Below are positions 47,487 through 64,000 of a stretch of 64,000 nucleotides of DNA, in pieces (within the stretch, counting starts at the first letter, position 1; the number at the start of each line of letters is the position of its first letter). Both the position numbers and the translations under genes were made by a program. Source of the stretch: the human T2T-CHM13v2.0 reference genome, Homo sapiens. The stretch is taken from NCBI RefSeq assembly GCF_009914755.1, contig NC_060931.1; one strand, written 5' to 3'. A model generated the notes under the pieces. The model was not told the origin of the DNA. It made no database searches and was given only the letters and a program-made list of their open reading frames with translations.

Positions 47487-50177
47487 CAGCCTCCTGTGCG
47501 AGGTTGTGCGGGACTCTGTCGTGGAACCCAGTGTGTCTTCGTGTGCTGGCTTGTTTGTTGGCTCTGTAGTTAACGGGCTGCCCCACGTGGACAGGCATTG
47601 GACCCGTGTCTCTCTGTGCAGGCAGAGGCTGCTGCACGTGCATCTGTGAACATGGCTGCCAAGAGGGGCTGTGCTCAGGGGGAGCTGGGGCAGAGGCTGG
47701 TGGCAATGGGGGGCTTGGGTGTAGTGTGGAGGCACGAGAGCCAGGTGGCCGGGCTACAGTCTGTGGGAGCTTGGGGGTTGCTTGTCCTCTGTGTGTCCCA
47801 GTGTCTTTGTCGGTGAGATGGGACAATGATAGCACACTCTCACAGGTGCTGGGGGCTGACAAATGTCAGGTCTGAGGACAGTGGCTGGCCCACTACGGGG
47901 CCAGTTCCCCTACTCTATAGTCACCCTGCTCGTCTTCCATCAACTGGGTGCTCAGGACAGTGGCATGGTGGATCCGCCTGTACAGCCTGTGCTCCAGCGT
48001 CCTGCAGGCCACAGCGGTGTCCAGCCCTGACCATGACTGCCCCTCCCGCCACCTCCATTTTATAGATGAGGAAACCGAGGCCCAAGGGCTTAGGGAATCT
48101 TGCTCTGAAGCACACAGTAGGGCTGCTGGGCTCAGATCCTCCCTCCCTGTGCTGAGCTGCCCTCCTCCTGCCGCAAGTCCCCCACGCCATGAGCCCACCC
48201 TGCTCACCGGCCTCTGCCCTAGTTCCCCGCATGGTGTGGGAGTGTGGGGCTTCCTAGCTTTTACCCTGCCCTCAGTTCTTTCACTTCCACTGGAGTCCCG
48301 CAGGGACAGCTCCGGGACCATGCAGGCCCGGGTGGGCGTGGGGGCTCAGCTAGCTCGGTGGTGAACAGCTGGCACGTCTCTTGGTTGCGGACGGTAAGGG
48401 CCACATAGACTTGAGGAGCCCGTTGGTGTTCCCGGTAGGCAGCCAGCCTCCGCAGGACCCCGACCAGCGACACAATGGCTTCTGGGCAATACGGCACGTC
48501 TACGGTGAAAGCTTCAGATTACTGAAGGGGACCAGCGGACAGTTCCAGGTCATGCTGACCTCAGCAGAAGGGCGAGGCCAGAGAGGCAGCGGTCATATGA
48601 GACTAGTAGATGCCATTTGACCATTTGGGCCATTAGATGGAAAGGCAATTACTTGGGTGAAAAAGGAGAACCCTTAGTAGAGAAAGCTGCAAAAGACCGA
48701 AGCAAAAGAAAAAATCTCCAGACTCACTGGTGTTCCTTAAAAAACGAGCTCTGGTTCTCGGCCTATCTAGAGGGCTGTGAATGACACAAAGCCTGACCCT
48801 GCCATGAACTTCGTGTTTCAGGCGTCTGCCGATTTGTCTGCTGGCTTGCAGGGGTGGGCCTGTGTCCCTGGCCACTGCTGGACCTGTGGTTTTCAGGGCT
48901 GGGACCCAGGACCACAGGCAGAGCTCTGTTCGACCCGAGAGGAGACTGAGTGTGCTGGCAGGGGCGAGGGGTTTTCGGTGGCCCAGCCAAACACCACCTT
49001 CTCTCAAGGGCCCTGTCCTCATCCCAGAAGTGGTTGTTTTCCTCCTGTGGTCTCTGAAAGACACAGGCATGGCTCTGGGACAGAGCCATGTGGTGATGAC
49101 TGTAATGGGAGTATGCCTGTCTCCAAAAAGAGGGCTGTGGCTGTAAGGTCACCTTAAGAGGCACCCCTGTCCTTTGATGTCACCCTGGAGGCCCAGAGTA
49201 ACTCTTCTGGAAGCCCCATCATGTCCATGCCCAACAGCGTCCATCGTTCCCTTTTCCCAGAGCCCAGAGCTGGGTAGAGCTGCAAGGACACCGCCTGCAC
49301 AGGGTGCCCGGGGCTGGGCATTACCTGCTGCAGTGACAACATCTGGCTGGATGGCAGAGAGCTGACGGACTGTCGCGACATCCCAGTCCAGCTGGGCCAC
49401 TGTCACCCTGGGGTTGTCTAAGTTGGCAGAGATGTCTGCCTCTAATGAGAGGCCATTGAGAAGGATATTCCCTCGGAGCTTCTTGAGGACCCGGCTGTGA
49501 CAGTCGCTGAAGATATATGCCCGGGGGAGGCACATCTTGCAGATGGCCAGGCCTGTGAGGCCGGCGCCACTGCCAAGCTCTAGGACAGTCCTGGCGGGAG
49601 GAAAGGGGACCATGTCTGCGACTGCACCAGGGTAAGCCTGCCTCGGTGCCCTGCCATGCACCCCGAGGTCACCTATGAGAGAAGGCTGCCGGGTTCTCAA
49701 TGGCCCATTCTGCAAGGTAGAGGGCAGCATCTCATGTGACCAGGCCTGTGATGCCGTGGGAGATGATGGCTGTGCTCTCAGAGAGTGTGACTGAGCCTCC
49801 CGAGGGCTGCACCAAGAGAGGGCGAGAGAGTCAGTCCAGCGATCAGAAGGCAAGTGGCTTAGAAGACAAGTAGCCATCCACCACATGGCTGAATAAACCA
49901 TGACAGGACCAATCGCCACTCAGCAATGAGAAGCAACTAACTGTTGACATGCCAACAGCTTGCACGGGCCTCAAGGGTGTCATGTGGCATGAAAGACACT
50001 CATCTCAGGCCACACAGGATTCCATTCATTGAACATTCCTGAGACAACGGAATTCTGGTGATAGAGCACAGGTCAGTGGTGGCCAGGGGCCGGGTGTGGC
50101 TATGAAGGGGTGGCTGCCTTGTGATGATTCAATATGCTATGTTTTTCCTTTGTGGTTTTCTGTATCTATGTTTTATC

Positions 50178-50843
<666 letters not shown>

Positions 50844-51278
50844 TGAGACATGCTGTTGTTGTTGAAGTGCTTGATTTACAGACAGGGAAACTGAGGCTAA
50901 AGAAGGTTGACGGACCTCATGTCTAAGACTGCAGAATGGGTGAGTCAGGATTTGAACCCACACCCACGTTTTCACTTTGTCTGTGCAGGAAGGGTATCTG
51001 GGCTGTGAGGGGGAGGAGGGTGCCCTTCTTATACCAGCAAATAGCTCCGGTGGCCCTGGGTGGACTCCTTGGCCATCAGGGTCTCCGCCAGCGCCTCGTA
51101 CAGCTCGTCCAAAGGCTCCGTGTGGACAGCCTCCTGCTGGGGGCAGGCAGAGTGAGAGCTTGTTTGCTTTCGTTCTAATCTGTAAAAATGGTCAGATGAT
51201 TTCACCAAGTTTGGAGGGGAGATTTGGGATGGAATGGTGTAATACTGGCCAGCTGGCATATAAAATATTCACTTCATT

Positions 51279-51396
51279 GGGCTTGGTGGTGTGTGCCGAA
51301 TAGTCCCAGCTACTCTAGAGGCTGACATGGGAGGACTGCTTGAGCCCAGGAGTTCGAGGACAGCCTGGGCAAGAGACCTTGTCTCTAAAAAAAAAA
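51279..51396 (+). mobile_element. FLAM monomer
   Basis: Single arm with poly-A. Confidence 0.7.
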
Positions 51397-51893
51397 TTCA
51401 CTTGGTAGGGAAACCTGGATGGGAGGGCCTTCAACGAGAGGTGTTGAGAGGGTAGTGTTAGGTGTAGTCTAGGGCAGGAGACAAGGATCCGTGAGAGCTG
51501 CCACATGACCATGACAGAGAGGAGGAAAACAAAAGGTGCTTTTAAGTGAGCCCAGGCAGAAATGTGAGGGCGGCCCATGCTGTAGGCTGTGGCTGTCAGC
51601 AGGCTGCTTCTCCACGGCTGGCCCCATCCTAAGATTCACAGGGCAGCAGCAAGATACACTGGGTGACTGCTGCCCTCTCCTGGTGGCACAGGGCAGACCT
51701 GCTGGTGACTACAGATGCACCCTTTTGGGGAGGATTAGGGAGAAAGCAGGTATTGGAGAAGCAGGGGATTGTTTACTTGTTAAAAGTGTGGCCCTTTCAC
51801 TCAGCAGGTCTGCTACTGCCTACTGAGGAATGGCCTCTCGACATCCTTATGTCAAACGCTGCATGTTCGGGCCCATCTTTAAAATCCATCCTA

Positions 51894-52200
51894 GGCCAGG
51901 TGCGGTGGCTCATGCCTGTAATCCCAGCACATTGGGAGGCCGAGGCAGGTGGATCACCTGAGGTCAGGAGTTCGAGACCAGCCTGGCCAACATGGTGAAA
52001 CTCTGTCTCTACTAAAAATACAAAAATTATCCAGGCATGGTGGCATGTGCCTGTAGTCCCAGCTTCTTAGGAGGCTAGGTACGAGAGTTGCTTGAACCCA
52101 GGAGGCAGAGGTTTCAGGGAGCCGAGACTGTGCCACGGTAATCCAGCCTGGGCAACACAGTGAGACTCTGTCTCAAAAAAATAAATAAGTAAAAAATAAA
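51894..52200 (+). mobile_element. AluS
   Basis: TSD AAAATCCATCCT. Confidence 0.9.
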
Positions 52201-53069
52201 ATCCATCCTGTATCAGTCAGGAAAGAGCACATTCCAGCAGGATCAATGCGGAGAATTCACCAGAGGAACTAGTTCCAAAGTTATGGCAAGAGCTAAACCT
52301 TCCAACAGGGGCCCGTGGGGCAACCCAGAGACAGACAAGAGTAGGAAACTCCAAACCCTTCGGCGGGTAGGACAGAGGGTGTGGGTGAGGGTTCCAGTGC
52401 TGTGGGCTGGGCCAGCCTGGTAGGAATGAGAATCCATATGCTAGGAGCTGGGGCCCCAGAGCAGCAGCTGCGGCAGAAACCCCAGGAGGCAGAGTGAGGG
52501 AGAGACGCTGGCCTCCCCTTCTTCCCATCCTGCATTGTCTCCCATGGGTCACACGCGGCTGCAGCCAGTTGCCTGGTTAGGCCCCTGCCACGCTGGGGTT
52601 TGCAAAGCAGGCCCAGGGCCTGGGAAGGACGGGGTGTGCAGCACGCAGGTGGCTATGCTGTCTGGCTACTGGGCGGACACTCCCCATAACTGACCTTTTT
52701 GATGAGTTCTGAGAGAAAGCACCGGGCATACTTGACTGACGGCCGGTGCTTCACACACACAGGATGCTTCACAGTCTACCGCAAAGGACAGAACGTTGGT
52801 TGCTCGAGAGCCCGTCTTAAGCCTCCTATGAGCTTCAAGCCAACACAGCAGAGGGCAAACTCCAGGCTACCCGATCCCTCAGCAAAGATGTAGATGGACA
52901 CAGCGTTCTGGCCCCATGCATCTGAAGTTTGTCTTATGATATAAGCCGTTTCCTAAAAATGCTTCCACTGCAGTGGCACAGGCTATGGCAGCATTTCTAA
53001 CGCCCATTCTGAGCAAGAACGCAGGGCACGTGGGCCCAAACCACCTCCCTCCCAGGGGAGCCAGTGTGA

Positions 53070-53771
<702 letters not shown>

Positions 53772-53917
53772 TTGTGCTGGGTTTTAAAGCAGCTATCCCT
53801 GCATTTCATGCTTCACCACCTACGAGAGTGAGGCTCAGGGTGAAACTCAGAGCAGGGTGCAAGATAACTGCAGGTATCTCCATGTTCGAAGCCCTGACCT
53901 ACTGCATTGACCTGAAA

Positions 53918-54155
53918 GTTGCTTGAGCCCAGGAGTTGGAGGCTGTAGTGAGCTATGATTGTGCCACTGCACTCCAGCCTGGGTAAGAGAGTGAGGCTCT
54001 GTCTCAAAAACCAAAGAAAACAAAAAACAAAAAACAGATGCTATGTCCCATTCCAGAGGTTGAGGTTTAATTATTCTGGGGTGGGGTGTGACCTGGGTTT
54101 TGGAACACTGAAAAAATCCCAGGTGACCCTAAAGTGTAGATGAGTCTGGAAACCA
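53918..54155. mobile_element. Alu 3' fragment followed by MER5A-like fragment
   Basis: TTGCTTGAGCCCAGGAG...A tail; then CCCAGGTGACCCTAAAGTG...GAAACCAC. Confidence 0.6.
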
Positions 54156-54730
54156 CACACCTAAGGCACACTTGAATGGGGGAGCAGTGAGGTGGTGTGG
54201 GCTAGCCGGCCAGAACCCAGGGGTGGGAACCAACATTGCAGATGCCATAAAGGCTGGGAAGCATAGTGTCTGGGGCCCATAACAATGCTTGGACATGAAT
54301 GCTTTAGACCTAAGACAATTGGCTCCTAAATGTGAAAACTGCAAGGCTGAAATGAATGCATGTTTAATGCTTTGCAACATTGTCAAGTGGTCAGCTGCAA
54401 CTCCGTTCTGAGGGCGTGATGCCTGAGATACGCCTGTCATGGCGGTTGATTTTAATGAATTTAATATGGTGTGGAGTGGGGCCTTCAAAAGTAAAAACGT
54501 CAGTTCTAAGTTGGTTGCGGGGGTCTGGGCAAAGGTCTTCAAACCCCGTGGTAAACACCCCGATTTTAAAACAGGGCCTTTTTTCCAAGAGACTTTTTGA
54601 AAATAGCTCCTATTTTGAGGGGAGGAACCCTGGCGGGAGAGAGCCAGAGTTAAGCCCAGCTGACAGGGGGTTGGCAGGCACGGGCCTGCCTGGTCCTCAC
54701 TGAAACTTGCTACTCAGGGTGAGCTTCCTA

Positions 54731-55185
<455 letters not shown>

Positions 55186-55348
55186 ATACTGGACTAGAAG
55201 ACCCAGGAGACCCGAAGATTCTCTCAAAACTAAGGAAAATAATCTAGGTCACAAATATATTCTCTTTCTCCTTCTCCCCATTGCCCCCCCCGCCAGTAAT
55301 CTTTATAGACTCAAATAGAGTTGATGTTCTATAATCAATTCTAGTCAC

Positions 55349-55489
55349 TTTTATTTATATTTATTTATTTTAGAGATGGGGGTCTCACTATGTTGATCAG
55401 GCTGGTCCCAAATTCCTGGGCTCAAGTGATCCATCCACCTCAGTCTCCCAAAGTTCTGGGATTACAGGCATCAGCCACTGCACTTGGCC
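55349..55489 (-). mobile_element. FLAM monomer
   Basis: Single reverse arm; flanks TCACTTTTATTT. Confidence 0.75.
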
Positions 55490-56039
55490 ATCACTTTTAT
55501 TTTTGATGTTCAAATTATAAGCTAATATCTGTGAGACCATAGATTCTTTTTATGCACTCAATACATTTTTGTGTTTACCTTACATTTTTATTATGGAAAA
55601 GATTCTGTTTTTTCGACTTGTTTCTATTTGATAATGAAGCCCTCTGTGCCTATCACCAGCCTCAGCCGCCATCATCTCATTACCAAGCTGGGTTATTTGG
55701 AAGCAAATATCTTCAATATTTAGCCAGTGTTCAAATTTCCCCAACCATCCTAAATGAGTGTTTAGAATAGTTGTTTCATTGGAAACAAGGTCAAAACAAG
55801 TACATTTTACATTTTTAGGCCAGTCTTGAAAGTAAGTGTAAAACCATGTGTGGGGTAGGAGGTGGGACTAGCCTCTCAAGGTGGGGCCTGCATACCAGAC
55901 CCAATTGAGGACTAGCTAAGACAGATTCCACAATGAATAACACCAGGAGGTGGGAATATTAAGGTCCATTGCAAAGGTTGGCTACCACAATTATTTGATC
56001 AACTAGTTATCAACCCTGACTGCAGCTGAGAGAGATTTC

Positions 56040-56177
56040 TTTTTGCTTTTTTTTTTTTTTTCAGAGACAGGGTCTTGCTATGTTGCCCAGGCTGGACTCA
56101 AACTCCTGGGCTCAAGTGATTCTTCTGCCTCAGTCTCCCGAGTAGCTGAGACTACAGGTGTGTGCCACTGTGCCCAG
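56040..56177 (-). mobile_element. FLAM monomer
   Basis: Single reverse arm. Confidence 0.75.
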
Positions 56178-57000
56178 CAAGATATTAAAATATACGTATG
56201 CACGGACACCACTCTAAACCAACTAAATCAGAATCAGATACAGTGAAGTCATTAATCATTTTGCTCCTGGGTCTTTTTGACAGTTTTGCTCCTGGGAAAC
56301 TCCTGGCAATGTGTTAGAGAGAAAGAGATGGGAAAATAAGATTTTAAGAAGTGTTGCTATGCATTTTGAAAATAATTTTTCTTTGGTGTTGGTCTTGAGG
56401 GACGGCGGTAAACATTTCAATTGCCTTTAAGTATGCTTGCATGCTGGAATGATGGTTCTCTGAATGCAGCAACGAACTGGCATTGGGCCACATGGCAGCC
56501 AGTGTGAGCCTTTATGCCACATTTATAAAACATGAATGTCATGAGCCCACTCTCAGGGACCTTACAATTTGGAGGGTTAGGTCAGATCCACAAATCTCCT
56601 CTATCTCATGGTAAAGGAAACCTGGCGTGTAGCAGGAGATGGTGTGATAACAATGTCATATTGCATGATCAATATTTGTATTCTTCTTGGCAATATTAAA
56701 CTTTCGGACCCCCTCCATTGTGTCATCAATTTGCTTAATACAGTTTCTGCTTCAGCGTCGGTTTTTAGGCCTGGCATAAGCTGTTTGAAACCCAAGCACG
56801 TACCCCGCCCATCATCTTTGGCCTAGTTAACACCTCCCCTCCCTGTGTGGTGGTTTGGAGAACCTGCTTGTTCCTCATCCCACTGATCCCAAACCCAGGA
56901 CACCCCACAGCTGCTGACCAGGATTAAACCTAACAGAGATTTAATGCCTTTCTTCTGATTCTCAGGGACTGACATTCATTCACTTAAATACTTGCAGAGT

Positions 57001-57315
<315 letters not shown>

Positions 57316-57604
57316 TTAGGAAACCATGAAGTCCAGAGTTTGATCCAATCCCTTCCTTTTTCTCTTTCTCAAATATTTTGAGCCAGGTACTATTCTAGAT
57401 TGTCTTGTGATATTTACAATCTAGGAGAAGGCAGGAGAGAGAACTAAGAACAGAGAGCATGTTCTGAGATGTCTGCTGTGCTTGCAGGTACCTTCCCTCA
57501 ATTTCCCTGCTCATTGGCCATGCTAGAAAGCAGGTCTTGGCGCCATATTTGTACCATGGTACTTCCCCTCCCTATACTCAATTGGTTGGCCAGAAGCCCA
57601 ATTG

Positions 57605-57608
<4 letters not shown>

Positions 57609-57652
<44 letters not shown>

Positions 57653-57680
57653 TCCCTCTCTCCTCCCTCCCTCCCTCCCA
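57609..57680. repeat. (CT)n / CCCT microsatellite
   Basis: Direct reading. Confidence 0.92.
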
Positions 57681-57826
57681 CTCCAAGATATCCAGTAACT
57701 GACTGATCAGCTGGTGGTGGGCTCTGCTGGCTGCCATGATGGGCCACCAGCAAGAAGGGAAAATTGGTTGTGAGTGAGAGAAGCAGAGATAAGGAAGTCC
57801 ACAGGGCTGATAGGAAAGACCATGGG

Positions 57827-58117
57827 CTGCCGGGCACGGTGGCTCACGCCTATAATCCCAGCACTTTGGGAGGCCAAGACGGGCGGATCACGAGGTCAGG
57901 AGATCGAGACCATCCTGGCTCGCATGGTGAAACCCCGTCTCTACTAAAAATATAAAAAATTAGCCAGGTGTGGTGGCGAGTGCCTGTAGTCCCAGCTAAT
58001 TGGGAGGCTGAGGTGGGAGAATGGCATGAACCCCGGGAGGTGGAGCTTGCAGTGAGCTGAGATCGCACGACTGCACTCCAGCCTGGGCGACAGAGCAAGA
58101 CTGTGTCTCAAAAAAAA
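57827..58117 (+). mobile_element. AluY
   Basis: GGAGATCGAGACCATCCTGGCT, GGAGCTTGCAG; flanks ATGGGCT. Confidence 0.88.
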
Positions 58118-58659
58118 TGGGCTTCTGAGAGCCAGAAAGAGGCATTTTGGTTTCTGTAACTGCAGTTTCCATTCTCTCATGGCCTCTCATTTATTTCTCG
58201 TGCCCATGAGTTTGCCTATTAGAGATAAGGTGTGCTCCTTTCCCTCCAGCTCATGCAAATGGATTTCTGTTTCTTACAATCATTGTTCCCAGATATGGAT
58301 GGTGACTGATGCTCTACTAAATGCTGAAAAAAAGCAGAGTGGAAGCACAGAAAAGAGGGCTTCTCTGAGGAGGTGACGTTAGAGCCCAGTTGGAAGGCAG
58401 GAGTAAATGTGCACCATGATTTTTTAGGATTAAAACCAAGTATCTCACTGCTTGGGCACATGTAGATAGAGGTGATTTAAGAGTAAACTGTCCCAGTGGT
58501 ACCCATTGTCAGTTACCTCACCACAGGGATTATGTAGCCCTGAGTTTGCTTAGTGCTTATTTATTTTAGGTTGTTGTTTATCCAAACCTCTTAAATGATA
58601 AGCGTTTCAAACAAGTGACAGCATCGTTCATTGATGTTGTGGACAAACCACTATTTTAT

Positions 58660-58800
58660 TACTCAAGACTGGGTAATTTATAAAGAAAAAGAGGTTTAAT
58701 GGGCTCACAGTTCCATGTGGCTGAAGAAGCCTCAAAATCATGGTGGAAGGCAAAAGGCACATCTTACATGGTGGCAGACAACAGTGATGAGAGCTATTTT
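58660..58800 (-). mobile_element. THE1/MST LTR fragment
   Basis: AGACTGGGTAATTTATAAAGAAAAAGAGGTTTAATG...CATGGTGGAAGGC. Confidence 0.75.
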
Positions 58801-59183
58801 AGTCATTGTTCACTGGCCATAGAATTTACTTCTATATTTTGAACTAAGACAAGAGCCAGGCACACAAGACCGTTACAGGTCTGTCTTTTGTTTTTGATGA
58901 TGATGATGATGATGATGATGAAATGGCTGACATGGTTCATGACTTGCTTTTTCTCATCATCTCAGACCTAGATTTTTGGCTGGACTATTGTCTTGAGATA
59001 GATGAAAATCATTCCTTGTATCCCCTGATCTTAAAGTCAAGACTGAACCAGCCTCCAGACGCAAGCCTTCATGGGGCTTCAGATACCATGAGGAATGGGC
59101 GTCCCTGCAATATTGTCATGGCTGTCAAAAGTGTTATTGGAGCTGGGCAAGTGGGCGCTCTCCTGCCACTCCATCCTGCTTAG

Positions 59184-59648
<465 letters not shown>

Positions 59649-60849
59649 TAGGCATCCAACATATGTTTAATTTCATTCAACAGCTCCTCTTACCACTGCC
59701 CCCACCTTATTTGCAGGTGGCTAAGTACAATCAGAACAAGTAGGTATCATAAGATTTAGTCCAGAGTCAATCCGGGAAGAAATTACCTTAGTGATGTGAA
59801 AAGAAACCAAGCTCTTTAGTCAGAATGCTTCTGAGAGTATCCCCTGTCCAAGCATTTGCGGAATTTCGATCTACTAATTTTCAGGTGGAACAGTATGGTT
59901 GCAGAGTCCATTTGGACATAGATACACTTTCATGCATTCATGTCTTTAACAATAATTTGTGGCCCTACTGTGTTTGTTCACTAACTCCTTTGAACCTACC
60001 ATATAAGCTATATATTTCCCTTGTAATTTGGGAGGTCCAATGCTTCATTAAGCTCACATGCCTGAAACTAATGAAGAAAATAGCTCGTTAACCAGCTAGT
60101 ATAAAAATAGCCACCAAAACAAGTCAATCACCCGCCTTAAATCAGCCCATTACTCCCATCTTGAGTGGAGAAGCCCTTTCTGAATCACATTCAAGACACT
60201 GATGGAAGAACAGCTCTGTCTGGGTATCAAAACCACGCTCACCCCGCATCCTCTTCCCCAGAGTTCTACTCATTGCTCACCCACTGAACCCAGAACAAAC
60301 CAGAAGTGCTTGAAATGAGGACGGGTAGCTCCGTGTACCAATTGGAATTTAAAACTATATCAATTCCTGCTATAGAAATGAGGCTTCTCCCCAGGACCAG
60401 CATTCCATGAAGGCAGCCCTTCTCTAGATGGAGAAATAGAACCTGAAGGCACCCGTTTCCCTAAACTGCTCTTGCTCATGTGTAAGTACAAATGAAAAAT
60501 GCTGAGGCTGCTTCTGTTGGCATTGCTTTATAATTACGGCCATCAATAAATCATTTTATCCTTGAACAAGACTTGAGAATGGCCCGAAGGCAGAGGCATG
60601 ATTCCTTAGGAATTAGGCCAACAGAGAATGGGCTATCTCTCTTCCCACCTCTTCTCTTACTCTGCTGTCAGAAACAGAAAAGTTCTCTGTGAGTAGCTGG
60701 GAGCAGACGGCGGCACTCGAGTTCCATCTGGGGGTTCTGTTGACACAGTTTTACCCCAGCCTGCCTTGATGGCCACTGCCACACAAGCTGCATCTGTTCT
60801 TTCTTCTGCGCCTTTTGTTACTTCGTTATTTTTCCTCTTTCTAGTGTAG

Positions 60850-61039
60850 TGAGCTGAATGGTGGCTTTGCACAAGATATATCCAGATCCTTGTGCCTAGA
60901 ATCTGTTGAGGTGGCATTATTTGGAAAAAGGGTCTTTGCAGATGTAATTAAGTTAAGGATCTTGAGATGAGATTCTCCTGGGGTATTTTAGGTAGGCTGT
61001 ACATCTAAAGACAAGTGTCCTTATAAGAGGACACTACTG
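60850..61039 (+). mobile_element. MLT1-type LTR 5' part
   Basis: TTATTTGGAAAAAGGGTCTTTGCAGATGTAATTAAGTTAAGGATCTTGAGATGAG. Confidence 0.75.

Positions 61040-64000
<2,961 letters not shown>

Noticed and set aside
49149-49919. 256-aa ORF with a SAM-binding motif as an intact methyltransferase
   Set aside because: Only exon 6 is in the native frame; the rest is intron and out-of-frame exon 5

Overview
Primate (most likely human) genomic DNA from a repeat-rich segmental duplication mosaic; no intact protein-coding gene. It holds three unprocessed pseudogene fragments: one orphan EVA1C exon (minus, 13604-13800), ALG1 exons 6-13 (plus, 36992-44015) and EEF2KMT/FAM86 exons 3-8 (minus, 44858-52775); the last two converge tail-to-tail and both lack their 5' exons and promoter. 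This arrangement fits the OR7E/ALG1L/FAM86 duplicon family, tentatively the 7p22 copy (EVA1CP3/ALG1L5P/FAM86LP; not verified). Mobile DNA includes a two-LTR HERV-H provirus (16968-22171, plus), a second inverted HERV-H (61362 to past the window end, interrupted by an LTR6), a HERV-K LTR5 solo LTR, LTR1-like, THE1B, MSTB and MLT1 LTRs, an ERVL pol fossil, about 45 Alu/FLAM elements, L1M fragments, MITEs and a 35-nt tailless U2 retrocopy. The most notable observations are a recent ~560-bp inverted templated duplication (26282-26842 copied to 32261-32814) and the fact that each headless pseudogene lies downstream of a co-oriented HERV-H. I found no evidence sufficient to claim a new biological system; functional ideas are labelled as inference. 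Repeat-family names and parent-gene comparisons come from remembered consensus sequences, and repeat boundaries are approximate.
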